A DNA stretch of 62,391 nucleotides, the filler included, from Perkinsus olseni (Eukaryota): NCBI GenBank assembly GCA_013115125.1. It is 4 parts of 4 records of this genome, joined end to end, with 100 filler letters (N's around TTAATTAATTAA, not from the genome) between each part and the next. Parts side by side here need not be neighbours in the genome. Positions count along the whole stretch, not along the records: positions 1 to 15,673 come from JABANN010000696.1; 3 more parts are not named here. One strand, given 5' to 3'. The notes under the pieces are model-generated. The model saw only the letters and a list, made by a program, of their open reading frames with translations, was not told the origin of the DNA and searched no databases. This document shows positions 1 through 12,474 of this stretch, piece by piece. Positions within the stretch are counted from its first letter, which is position 1, and every line of letters starts with the position of its first letter. Made by a program: the position numbers and the translations under genes.

Positions 1-767
1 GCCCGACAGATGGCCGTGATGTTGAAGTACTGTGCTGTCACAGATCGCCTCGGGCACCGGACCATCTTCATCGGAGTTCATTGACGCCCGCAGTTTGTTG
101 GTACCCCTCTGGAACAAGTCTGACACCCGAAAAAGCTCACTCTAGGGAGGCAGGCGGATGAACTACCTTTTGGATTGGACTGAGGATGTGCCGCTTCCGT
201 ATGAATTTTCCAACACAGAATGAACCCTGTAATCGGGCGGAGTATCATTGTGAAGAGGAACGAGACTCAATTGTGGTGTAGAGTAGGATCATCACCTCCG
301 CTGGTAAATCCATGCACAGAAACCAGACCAGACGCGTCTCTGATCTGCTTAGCGAGCCCAAGAATAAAGTCTCGTCTCCGGAAATATATTCGCGCCCATT
401 CCAATATCTACTTCATGATGCTGATCCCATCAAAAAAAGGGCAAGTCTGAACAGTTCAGCGGGTGGATTTCCTCTCCAAAAATAACCCGATGATGTCGTT
501 GCACGCGAAACCCTGAGCAGATGGTATAAACTCGATTGACGCACAAAAGAACTCAGCTGACTCCTATTATTAGTTAACCGCTCAGCAATACCCACACCCT
601 GTCCTCGTAAAGGATGGATCATCGAAGTCGAGTACATGACTGTACTGACTAAACCTCCATTAGGGTGGGGTATACAACTCCTCAACACGGTTTAGGGTTT
701 TGTCAAGAGTACTCTTGTGAACGAAAGGTAATCATTACATAAGTGATCCTGTTCGAGTACAGTCGAC
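1..767 (-). mobile_element. Copy 1 of an interspersed, decayed coding repeat (probable transposon end), truncated by the contig edge
   Basis: Reverse complement aligns to 14736-15673. The outermost 73 nt are identical and the rest is diverged. Similarity stops abruptly at a shared inner end GTCGAC-TGTACTCGAACAGG. The outward-reading frame (ILEWARIYFRRRDFILGLAKQIRD...) carries an in-frame TGA. TE identity is inferred. Confidence 0.55.
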
Positions 768-977
768 ACTTCTCTCAAACTCAGACCCCCCGTAAGCATC
801 GTCAGATACGACAAACGAGTGGTATAGAACGCGACACAAAAAATACTGTCCCTCACCGTATGTCATATGCCGGAAATGAACCAGCTCTTAAGTATTTCAT
901 GAAGACATCCACAAGGAGTATGTTTAATTGACACTGCAACTGAAGGCCCCTTGACTTGTCAACTGAAAAGTTTTATT

Positions 978-1864
978 TTAGTCGACGACTCTTCCACGCC
1001 TGATGATAGAAACGCTCAATAAGAGCACAGTGACCGAGCTCTTCTTTCCTTCACCTTCTGTCTTCACCACGGCGGCGCTGTCGGCTGGTTGCTGCGACGA
1101 GTCCTGCGCTTTGATCTCGGTGCTTTGAAGTTTGCCTGCCGCCCGCTTCAACTGTACTTCCCTTTCGATCCGATCAACTGAGTGATATTGAAATTGGCAG
1201 CGAAGGCACGCAGAACAGGCTAACGATGAGCTCGGTGCACTCACTCTCCTGTCTGAGCCGTCCACTCTTGTGGCTCAACTCTTCGAGTTCAATGGACCTG
1301 CAGCCAGATTGCCCGGTGATGGCCAAGTGTCCGCTCACTTCACAACGTTGAACTTCCGTTTGGCCGCGTCTCGTCTAGTGGCCTCGCGGCACAGCTTAGC
1401 CTCCTTCTCTACTCCCGACACCCGCGCACCAACCGTGGCAATGACCTACATATCGTCGTCATGACTACTCAACCCGCCGAAGTAAACCCCCTTGCCTTGT
1501 CGAGTTGTACCGTGGAGTCGTCGGCGGTGTCTTGCTCATAGCAGGCATGGTAGGGCAGTAGGCGTTCCAGTGCACTACGCTCGGCAGAAGTGACGAGAGT
1601 TCGACTGATGACTGTTGACTTACTCATGAGCATCCTTGAAAGGCTCCATTGCAGCCGGCCAGTCTGCCCTTGCATTGTGCACGCATTCTCGAAGGTCGGT
1701 CGCAGTCACGGACTCGCTGCTATTCTGAAAGATTCCGCAGCTGGCTGACTCCGCCAGGCTGGGTAGCGGCCTCTCCGACCGCTCACCAAAATATCCTTTC
1801 TAGTGCGGGCAATACTCCGCTCGAAATCAGATAGTCTCGACCAGAGCATTCCGGGGTTCGCCAT
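978..1864 (-). CDS. GLTSCR1 (BICRA-like) domain protein, spliced; 3' end approximate
   Basis: Splicing GT-AG introns gives MANPGMLWSRLSDFERSIARTRKDIL|NSSESVTATDLRECVHNARADWPAAMEPFKDAHD|ALERLLPYHACYEQ. PFxxxxDAxERLLPYH is the GLTSCR1 domain signature. Confidence 0.7.
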
Positions 1865-2589
1865 CACTAAGATGATGTGCTGCTTCCTTCTGCTGACTGC
1901 GTGAAGAAGACCTACGCTCATCCTCGTTGGTGTCCACGGCCTTGCGGCTGTCGAGAGTCGTTGAGCCACTCGAGATGGTCTCTTCTCCTGTCTGTGATGA
2001 GGACATGACAAAAACCCGACCACTAGGGTACTATGAAAACTCCATGGGCGTCAACACGCTGTCCGATCGCACCCTTACAGGAACGACAATATGGGAGCGT
2101 TTCAATCAGCAGGCCATATGCTGTTGTGACGTTGAGCTGACACATGCGGGGTTTGGAACAAGCTACACGAGCTCTCGAGTATCCCCTCACGCCCGACACG
2201 CCTATCAAAACGGCAACATGCGGTTGGAATCTGAGAGATACTCCTGTGGCTCTACCACCGCCCTCCGCAGTCTGCTGGCTCGGAGCACCACGAGGACCGG
2301 AAAGGCTTCTGCTGGGGATGCGGTGTGGCCGTGGGTTTCGATCACCCGATGTGTGACAACTTGGTCTGGGGTATGCACCCTCGACAGGGAAGACGTCCGT
2401 CGCCCTCTCGGAGGCACACAGCTGACCTGTACGGGATGGCGTCCGGGAGGCTCGGCTTTGAAGAGCCGGTAATGAGATACTCGAGTGTGGCCGACGGTAC
2501 ACGCACTGACGACAGAGGTAGGGCCGACCTCTGTGCTCGGCAAGCAGCACTCCCAACACAACATCCCAGGACTTCAGAAACTGCATGTC

Positions 2590-5500
2590 TCAATGGCTCC
2601 ATCGCTTATTCTTATTTCTTCTATGCACTCTGGTGCCACCCTCCTTTCGGTCCTGGTCACCTCGCTGCCACCGCTTCTCTACACTCCCCTCACTCTCCTC
2701 CTCTCCTGATGGCAAAGGAGTGTCCACATCAAAGCCAGGTGATGGCTGATGATGATCATCATTAACGGGAGGAGCCTGTTCAGCGTCCTTCGGAGGCAAC
2801 GTCCATTCCTCCGGCCCATCCTCTCGTGGATGATCCCTGTCGGTGTGATGATCGAATATGCCGTCCTTGCCTGCCTGCACGCCCCCACTGTACTGTGCTA
2901 CCAACTTTTCCACATCAAATTCATCATCATCCTCACTCGAGAGGTCTATCTCCTCCTTATCCTCATCAATGCCAAGATAATCTCGACTACTATCGTTACT
3001 CCTTTGCCGCCTCTCCTCCGCCCTCCGGGCCTCTAAGGGATCGAACTTCCTCTGCATAACGAGCACTACGGAGCACTCCATTGTGTGAGGTTTGGTGTCG
3101 AATCCCTTCAGTTCGACTACCTCATACGACAGACCATCCCGCGTACTCTTCGCCAAGTCTTTGACATCGGCTGTAGCGCTTTTAAAAGACGCATTATAAT
3201 ACACTATCCTCTCTGGTTCAACTTCATCAACCCACTTCCGAACCCACGGAGACACTCCTTCTTCCGGAAGGGGCGTCAGCAGGACCGTGTGGACAGGGCC
3301 TTCGATGCTCATCTCCTTTAGGCCCTCCTCGGTGGCTAGGCTAGACACTTCAATGAAATTAGCATCTTCATCATCAAAAGACGAGGCGATGGTGTGATTG
3401 CCTTCAATCATCGAGGAGTCCACTACACAGGTGACGTTGGGGTTGCCAATAGCGACCAGTAACCTGAGATGTGAACTGTCAAAAACGGAGGAAGCCTTAT
3501 TGCTAGACCCGTCCGAAGATGCACGCACGAATCAATATTTCCATCAGTGATACGTCGATCGCGTGAAGAACTCGTCAGTTTCCGATACCACATTTCCGCC
3601 AACTCCTGAGCTTACCCAGTGAAAAGGCCGTGTGTTCGTGATGCATACAAATCCACAATGTGAGCATCTGTCTCGCACATCCCCACAATAGTGTTGAGGA
3701 GCACCGAAGTAAGACCAGCGTGGGTGGGGAAGTGACCACTCGTCTGGAGCATGTACGGACTAACAAGTACTGCATCTGATGAGATCTCCCGGGAGTCCAA
3801 GTACTTGTCGAATCCCTCTATCGCAATGGCCAAGGACCCATCACCGACAAGTGGTACATCTCCTGTATGAGGACGGGAAGGGAGGTCATCATCCTCAACT
3901 CCTGGATACCACTATCAACAGCCGCCGACTTGGACGCCCTCACCCGAGTATTGGAATCTTTCGATCTTCACCACTCCCACTAGCAGGTCCCCGCAAATAT
4001 CCTTCATACTGCGGGCCAGGCCTACGAGTTTTCTCATACCTGCAACAAGAGCCAAGCATTGCCCCCCCCCCTGAGAAGGCAAAAAAGATCGTCAAAAAGC
4101 TTGCAGTGAGATCAGTTGGGACGTAGAGGAGTCGATTATCCCCACTTAGCGGCCACTACGATCTCGTTGGTAATGAGCTTACACTCTCCAGAGACCCCCG
4201 GTGATACTTCCAGCCCAACTATGGCCTGTGTGTCCGTATCATTCACACGAACCCACAATCGCCGTAAGATGCCTGAGAAATCAGGACTGCTGTCACCAGC
4301 GGGACAGTGCAACTACGCCTCACCCGATCCATTCCGTGCACTATAGACGGTGATTCTATTCTGCCGAGGTCCCCTGGTGTCTCTCACGGCCTCTTCGATC
4401 TTATCCATAGCAATTCGGCGGACTTTTGCCGCTAGAGGTGTCAGTAAAGCGCAATCCGCGATGGCCATGTTCTGCTCCGTATCGAACTTCACTGCACCGA
4501 ACTGCAAGGACGTTGCGCACCCGTGAAAGTTCGGCTGCCGACGAAGCATCCACTCGGCCAGCTTACCTGCACGTCTGGAGACACCCCTCCAGGCGTTGTC
4601 TTGGGTTCGTTGAAGACAACGTCTACGCTGAGGGTGCCTGACAGGGAGAAGCTGAGACTGCCAAGACCACCACCGGGGCAGCGGAGCGCGAAGTCTCATT
4701 ATTCCACTCAAGCCATTTGCCCGCGCGGTTCACTTGTAAACCTGCGAACCGAAAGACCCCTCGATATATCCCCGGGTCCGGCTAATGCGCCAGACTGTCT
4801 CCGGCTACAGCTACGGCTACACCATTGATCATACTCATGCAACTGTCAACTACTGTACATAATATAAAAATTTCCTTCATTTCCTCATGACCGACTTCGC
4901 ACTCAATTGCGACTAAGTAAAACACCAATGATTCGGACATGGTGAGAGCGCGATCATTCCGACCAACAGCTACGAGACAGGTGGCTTACGGAAGCCCAGC
5001 TCCGAAGTGCTCTTGTGAAACTCCAAGGGTTGGGTCGGGCACAGTTGACTCAAAAAGCGAATCTTACGTCGGACCTGGCATGAGAGACGACTGTAGGGCA
5101 AGGTACGGTATGAGTATTCGTAATGGTGGTCGAGTCGGGCAATACCTGCTCATCATACTTCAGGGGAAGAATCTTGCAGCCACCACAGCCCTCATCGAAG
5201 TGCTTGCATGGGATTTCCGGCACTCGGAGGCCGCTAGGCTTCACTCCTGATTGCCTGAAGTTGGATAAGAATTTGCGAAGGGCCCCTCGTTCGATATGAC
5301 TTACACAGTGAGAGCGTATCTTGGCGACGTCCTCCGATCCCAAAAGTCGACCTTTCTCTCAACGCTGAGATCGACTGTATCACCCGGAAGCACTCGTGGA
5401 TGCTTCGGCGTGTAAAGATACTTACAAACTCGAGAATACACCGGCACCTGCGCATGCGTGCATCCATCATAGTCGTCGTCGTCGTCGTCTGTGCACTTAC

Positions 5501-6283
5501 CACGCCATTCCCTTCGTAATCCAATCTTGTGCATTTCTTGCCGTACAGCATCGTCCCAGCATGGAGAGGCTTCGTCACGATATTCCTCTCCTTAGTGTCA
5601 TCTTCGAGCTCATCGATTACCTGATCGATTAAACTACGCCGTACAAAACTTGAATAGTTTCCATTTCACATCTACGAAGTTAGTGAACACCCTTCGAAGC
5701 AGCAGCAAGGGTTTAGTCGGAACCTCCTACCCACCCAAAGTGGCGTCGTGCAAGGGAGTCCAATCCGACTTCCGAGTCAATGGAGGTCATTCAGCAACGA
5801 CCAGTGAGGGATCGAGATTCACAAATTCACTTCGATGATGCCTGTGCCGTTCTCCGGTGGCTGTGTGCGTGCGCGAGTTTATCGTCAATCACCGGAACCG
5901 ATTCGGTCGCACTTTCATCGCCGACGTGCTCTTCTCCAGTGGCCATTTTATCAAAAGACCGAGATCATAGCTCCCAACGATGGCCGTCGTTGTATCGACG
6001 AAAATTCTCTTGAAGGTGGAGAGTACAAAGGGGACTGATGATGGCAGCGACTCGGAAAGGCTGCTAGCGAGTGTGCTCTCCCATCGATACATATACGAAT
6101 ATAAGAGCCACGCACCAGCAACCCGCCCCTCACAGGCTTCTTCGGATCCTTATTCCACCACTGCTTATTCACACCCAACCTCAAGACATCTCCTCTTCTC
6201 GTTGCTGCTGCTGCTGCTGTCGTTAGAGGTCTGATGTTGGCGACTTGAGTGTGAGCGAGGGTAATGCTGCATCGCCTCATCAA
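2590..6283 (-). CDS. RlmD/RumA (TrmA family) RNA m5U methyltransferase-like protein with degenerate active site, multi-exon, probable mitochondrial presequence
   Basis: Exons give a TRAM-like segment (KCTRLDYEGNGV...PRVLPGDTVDLSVERK), the Fe-S motif PCKHFDEGCGGCKILPLKYDEQ, a fourth Cys in IADCALLTP, a motif-I-like IVDLYAS, and a C-terminus RIVYYNAS...YEVVELKGFDTKPHTMECSVVLVMQR. The N-terminus MMRRCSITLAHTQVANIRPL is Arg-rich and lacks acidic residues. Confidence 0.8.
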
Positions 6284-6545
6284 CTAGTGCTCTGCATCAT
6301 CAGACCTTCACAAGTACCAATCAAACGTGGTGAACGCCTCCCTTCAACTCCTCTCTGAGATAGGTGGTATCGAGCAATGAAAAAAGGAGCCCACAGCGTA
6401 CGTTATTGAGGCTTCCTCAATGATGAAGCTACAGTATCTACGTACCAACCTACGCCCCGAGAACTCGTGTCAGACTAAGCCTGAATAATTTTGAGAAACC
6501 CTCGCTCGTCATTTCGAAGTTTAGAGGAGCTACATAGAAATGACC

Positions 6546-6608
6546 AGTGAGTGTCTATGCGGAAATTTGAGTGAGTGTCTATGCCATAGACACTCACTGA
6601 AATTTCCG
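6546..6608. repeat. 49-bp near-perfect palindrome plus an adjacent 15-bp direct copy
   Basis: CGGAAATTTGAGTGAGTGTCTATG (6560-6583), C, CATAGACACTCACTGAAATTTCCG (6585-6608), with one mismatch. AGTGAGTGTCTATGC is also present at 6546-6560. Confidence 0.95.
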
Positions 6609-6618
6609 ATACGAATCG

Positions 6619-7544
6619 ATGATGATAATGGTCGCAGCTTTGATGATGCTACCGAAATCTAGTCCTCGGCGAAGAGGGAGGACTCGACGGAGGCTCCAAG
6701 ATGACCCCAAGTCACTCGAACACAACACCGGAGGGCTGTTAGCATACCCGAGTAGTGTCGTCTATAATAGGCCCCTCCTGCTGCTGATGCTGTTGCCGGC
6801 GCCAACTACTCCTCTGACGCCGGCTAATGGGCATCAGGAGAGAAGAAGTGAGCAGATCCAGTACGATGGCTCAGCGGCAGCCGCAGAGGGGGGAAGGTAT
6901 GCTGAATTCTCAGCCACTATCATCAGTACTGTACCGTAGGATAAAATGAAGATATGGTTGTCCCCTCCTCATTATTGTGGGGTATGAATACTAATACGTC
7001 AATAGTCACAATGATGGTGCATGGTGGTGATGATGAAGAACATGTATTGAACGGATCGTCCTCCTCATTGATACCGATAACAATGGCAGCAGCAGCAGCA
7101 GCAACAACAGCGTTATGATGATGATGATACTAATTATATAGCAACTGTCAGAAGAGGATGAGCTTCTGAAGGATGACTGTTGCAGCTTCTACCGCTGCCG
7201 CTGCCGTGGGAGTCGAAGGCTCGGAGTTTACATTGAGGTGATGATCATAAGACGGTAATTAGTCGCCGCACCGACTACTATGACAGTGGAGTGATCAGCA
7301 TTGGAGAGGTTGCTGCTGTTAATGAGGGTAAGCACTACTGTCATACTGTATGGAAAGCAATGAGGTGAAATTGAAGCAGTTCAAGATCACCACCTTCGCA
7401 CAGCCGGCCGCCGCTTCAGGACAATCGAAGGACTTAACAGATGATTATGATGACGGCCACAAGCAAGCCTCGCTTGAGCGAGGACAAGATGGACTCTTCT
7501 TCTACGATTACGAAAAAAAGTATACGAAGAATGAACGACAATAA
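6619..7544 (+). CDS. Possible hypothetical low-complexity protein; exon structure unresolved
   Basis: Plus-strand ORFs 6619-6939 and 7350-7544 have protein-like composition, but no family is recognised. Confidence 0.3.
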
Positions 7545-8532
7545 CATCAACTTGGCAATAGGTGGGCCGAGATAAGACAGCTTGAGAATATTGCATCAGA
7601 ACTTCGGCCGTGGACCCCACGCATTAGCGTGGGGTTTACGTCTCGCTATAGTAGCGTCCCTGTTGAGAAGGATGGGGCGGAGGCGGGAGGGTCCCCACAG
7701 GGCCTGGAGACGTTACTGGAGGAAAAGGGCTCTGAGATGAAGAATGGGTACAATGCTGACACACAAGGAGGACGCTACCATAGCAGGGCCCTCTTGCTGG
7801 TACTGTGAAGCATGTCCGACCAGTCCGGTAAGTGGATTTCCCGTACCTGACAGGTGAGTCTATCGTATGGGGCTAGTCATCAACCAAGATTGCCTCGGTA
7901 TGCCGCTACATTCTCTACGCCCGCTGCTATGTTCAGCTCACCTTCCTGTCTTCTCAGATAATCCGGCTGGTGAGTCGTTGGTGATCGCCATGGGGACGCG
8001 GGCGTCGTCATGATTCTTGTGAACCCCACTTCCGGTGGTTGTGAAGGAGAGAAGTGAGTGGACGGTGTATCCACGCCAGAGCCCACCGTCACCGACGAGG
8101 AGGAGCCAAGGCCCCAGGAGGTTGTGGTTGTTGCAGTAGTAGGATACCCGCGGGGGGGCTCCTGAAATCACAACGACAAATCCTCATGTTCATGCTCGTT
8201 GTTTTCGAATATTTGTAATTTTATCGCGATGCGCTCGGTATGATGATGATAGATAAACCCCCACTGGACAACTAAACACTATCTCTGAACTAGCCGTCTC
8301 CTCCTCCTGCTACTACTAGTGAGAATCTTGCAAAGGATGGGGTATGATAATAGGGAACATTGGCGGGTATAATATTATTCTAGTGTACGTGTAGGTGGGA
8401 GCAAAGGAGCTGGCGGCCTCCTCGTCCTCATCCTCAACAACATCAGGTCATCACAAACCGATAACGATGACAACGACGAAATAAACCTTCTAAAAGAGAC
8501 CGCCACAACAGCCAGGCCACAAACCTTGAGCT

Positions 8533-8875
8533 ACTACTATTATCATCGGCATCATCACTCTTACTATACTGGATGGTGATGAAGACGATAACAATAATAA
8601 TGGAGGGGATGAAGATGTACCAATACTCAGAAAGCCTCAGATCATTATTATTAACTACTATTATCATCGGCATCATCACTCTTACTATACTGGATGGTGA
8701 TGAAGACGATAACAATAATAATGGAGNNNNNNNNNNNNNNNNNNNNNNNNNNNNNNNNNNNNNNNNNNNNNNNNNNNNNNNNNNNNNNNNNNNNNNNNNN
8801 NNNNNNNNNNNNNNNNNNNNNNNNNGGGGATGAAGATGTACCAATACTCAGAAAGCCTCAGATCATTATTATTAT
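8533..8875. repeat. 121-bp tandem duplication interrupted by a 99-N scaffold gap
   Basis: Copy 1 starts at 8533 and copy 2 at 8654. Copy 2 stops at GGAG before the Ns (8727-8825) and resumes GGGGATGAAG in register. Confidence 0.85.
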
Positions 8876-9060
8876 TATACAAAGTCATCCAATATACCCG
8901 TCGCTGCTTCTCTACTTCAAGTAGTGGAAGTAGTTGTAGTAGTGGCAGCAGAAGTAGAAGAAGAAAATAAACAACAGAAAAAACATCATCATCAACAACA
9001 ATGATAAGAACAACAACGTAGTCATCATCACCATCATCGTCATTAGCCTCATGAATAGTA

Positions 9061-11303
9061 TCAGAATATAGGGCCCCAGGGTCCAGGGGCGCCACCAGAA
9101 TAGTAATAATCGGATGGGTAGGGCGGTGGTGGAGGTGGAGCATGGCTCCGAGATGTTGTGCTGGCACCTCCCACAGGCCCAGGGGACCATCCAGGATGGT
9201 GGAGTGGACCACCAAGAGGAGTCTGATGATAGTCACGATGCATTTGCCTATGAACTATACCCTATCACCGAGCTCTTGTCGTTGGTAAATTACAATTTTC
9301 ATTAGTAATCCCCAGAGAAGACTTACTTGCATTTGTTGCTGTTGCTGCTGCTTAGGGCCTCCACTCTCCATCTGATGGCGCGATTGGCTTAGCGGCGATT
9401 GATCACTCCTCGTGGTTATGTCCTGAAAATCACGGACATATTGCTCGAACTGTAGGCCGGCCGAGTCTCCATCCAAAAGGTGCACGGATCGATCTCTTCA
9501 GCTGTTCGTAATGGAGAACTTACACCCATGGGGGACTCGTGCTGTTGTTGCTGTGATACTCGCATCGAACCTGCTTGCGACGCAGCCTGCGGCGGCGGGC
9601 CGGTAGAGTATCTAAAATGCGGAACAAACAACACTACCGAGAATTGGACCGGGATAACAACATCCGGATAACAACGACGACCTGTACTGCTGGATGACCA
9701 ATGACCCACCCTTTTCTGTGTCCTTTCCCGCCTGGAGTCCTATCGCCGCCTCCCATTGATCCGCTACGAGGGATTCCACCGCTCCTGCCGGCTGGAGAAT
9801 GACCCCGAGGCGGCCGAGAAGGGCCAGCAAAGTTGCTGCGGGATCGGCGATTACCGTACTCCCCACCTGAACCAAAAGGTCCCGGGTTCAATCCCACGCG
9901 GAGGCGTTTTCTGCTAACAACTTACTTCCACTTGCACCGCCAGCACTGCTACTTCCTTCAGAAGCCAGATGAGTAAATGTCATTCGTCCATCGACCGTTT
10001 TATGAGGTTCCTGTGACAACAATGTCTACTCCTCCTGTTGCTGTGCTGATGGCGACGGCCTACCTCAAGACAAACCCAAGCATCTTCTACATTACTGTAC
10101 GTAACAAACGCGTATCGTTTGCTCTTCCCGGCCGAGTCATAAACTACTATGCACTCATCCATTGGACCATACTTCCCAAACACTTCCTGAAAATCAACAA
10201 CAACAACAACAACAACATCATCAACAGCACCTACACACCAGCGTAGACTCCTCACTCACCCTAAGCGTCTCCGACGTAGTGTACGGTGCTAGATTGTATA
10301 CGAATAATTTACGCATGCTCTGATTAGAGTATGTTGCCGCGGCTCCCCTATTCCCAGTGTCCGAAGACGACACTATCGCTGCCTGCCCACTGCCACCACC
10401 AACAGACGAGGCCGCAGATATCTGATCCATAAGACAAAACTAGTCTGACCAGCGGCGGGATAACCATGCCAATACCTCGGCCGACTTCTCCCTCTCGCCA
10501 CCACTAGGCAGGGCTTGAATCACTCCCATCTGTTGATCATGATCTATCTTATCGGCAGCGAACTTGAGAATCAATTGTCGACCGTCAAGGTAAATCTGAT
10601 ACGGCCAAGAGTGACGAAGAGCTATATACTCGCAATTTGAACTCACTTTCCCCTGGTTGGAGCAGCTCACTGCTTCACATGCACTTTCAACTCGTTCAAA
10701 TGTAACAAATGCAAACCCCTTACTTCTCCCAGTATGACGATCATACACGACCGTGCCCTAATGATGTCAAGAGCATGAAAACAGACGATGACGATGAGGA
10801 TAGCTATTACCTCTTCGATCATACCAAATTTACCAAGGGCATTTTTGACAGTATCACTCGAGCTTTGAAAACTGACATGTTAAAGAGCATCACGGAAACG
10901 CCCTCCTCCTCCCAGCTTATAACCTTATATTTCTAACCAGCAGCCTCCTGAAGGTCGCGTTACTCCCTACAACCGCCCTCAAGGCGTCCCGCACCTCCTT
11001 GCTTATAGTAGATGCATGGGCCAGAAGCTCCACTAGTTGAGTCTTCTCGAAATTGTTTATGATGGTTCTGACACATACCACCCCATGCCCAAATCCTCAC
11101 CCAACCACTCCCAGTATTATCACCTAACATCATCTCTCGCAACTTCATCTGGTCGGTCCAAGAAAGTTCTGATGGTCTCCGGCAGCTCGGCCCGGCGACG
11201 AGGCCCACCCGTTGTCCCTACCGGTTGAACGTCCGATCCGCCGCCCTCACCTGCCGAAAATAGCCATTGGATTTCCCAAACGACCCAAACGTATCAGCAC
11301 CAT
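9061..11303 (-). CDS. Two-RRM RNA-binding protein of the UBP1-associated protein 2 (UBA2)-like type; ends approximate
   Basis: Spliced: TIINNFEKTQLVELLAHASTISKEVRDALRAVVGSNATFRRLLVRNI|SFQSSSDTVKNALGKFG...DRHTGRSKGFAFVTF (RRM1) and MRKLFVYNLAPYTTSETLR|EVFGKYG...SKRYAFVTY (RRM2), followed by a Gly/Pro/Gln-rich tail. Confidence 0.8.
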
Positions 11304-12474
11304 CTTCGGATGCTCAAGGAGCGAATTTGACCCAACGAGTCCCTATGGTCGTCCACAAGGGGGAAATTGAACATTCGACCTGCCCACCGGCCGCCGCCCA
11401 CCCAAGTGTGACGCGGACCATCTCTCAATTGGGATAGGGAATCTTACTCAAACGCAGGCGCCAATCGAATACTAACGTGTCGATCCCTTATGTAGAATAT
11501 TCACACACGCCCGAGGTTACCAGAATTTGGATGTCGTTCTTGAATGTCACTTCGGCTGCTTCCCGGAGCCCCAATTCCCCCATTACGCTGCGAGTCCTCC
11601 CCCTCCGATCCAAACTGCTGATGTTGCTGCCCTGGCGTAGTACTGCTCATATTTACGCTAAATAGAGTCCACCAATGAATGGTCGAGCAACTGTTGCTCT
11701 AATGCTTCCAAGATGCTCAGTAAGGTAGTTGCAACATGAACCCAAAATTGCAAGAAAACTTGCACAAACACAAAAGCGCGCGCCCTAACAATCGATTTCG
11801 ACAAAGGTTTACTCTTCTGAAGGGGCACAGACGTGTGTTCCTAGGCCATTCTCGAAGTTGCGAACGGTCGTCATGCGTATCTTGATGGATTTAACAATTC
11901 CCGCTGGAAAATGCAGCTCGAGTAAGCCCGTAAAGGCCCTTACGGGGCGTATGATGGGAATTATCCGGTCCCTCACTAGCATCCAAAAGAGTTATGAGCT
12001 GACACCATCTTCGTAGTGTTGAACACTTGCCAACCCTCATTCGTCGCATAGAGAGAACAGAAAGCTCTCATAGAAAACTGACAAGGGGGCGCAGGACAAG
12101 GACCAATTAACGTCAACTCGAAACTCAAGCTCTGCCACTTAGGGTAGTACCTGCTCGTGTAAGAAACGCCATGTAAAATATTTCACCCATCGTATAATCG
12201 GTGAATCGACCGCCCCAACCCGGCCTCCCCTGACACACTAGACAACACTCTTCAAGTAGCTTTGTGTTGCCGCTAATGTCTGATAGATCAAGTTGTCGCG
12301 CGCAATGAACAGCGCAATTTCTATGCACTTGAATCGTGTCTAGGCAGCGGCCGCTAGCACCTGGTGTCTGTGACATCTCATAGTCGTCCTGCTAGAGCAG
12401 CGGTGCTTACGTTACTGAACGCTATGGGGAGTAGGGACTTGGTGTTTGCCTTGTAATGAGTACTACAAAGTTAT

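Noticed and set aside
200-520. Assigning the decayed repeat-encoded peptide to a hAT transposase
   Set aside because: Only a vague resemblance (DP..FL..IL.PI..F). No catalytic DDE or dimerisation motif is visible in the available fragment.
8533-8875. 121-bp tandem duplication as a biological repeat array
   Set aside because: It straddles a scaffold gap and resumes in register, so an unmerged overlap artefact cannot be excluded and is likely.
11927-11946. CCCGTAAAGG-C-CCTTACGGG near-palindrome
   Set aside because: Imperfect and single. Too weak on its own to count as a footprint.
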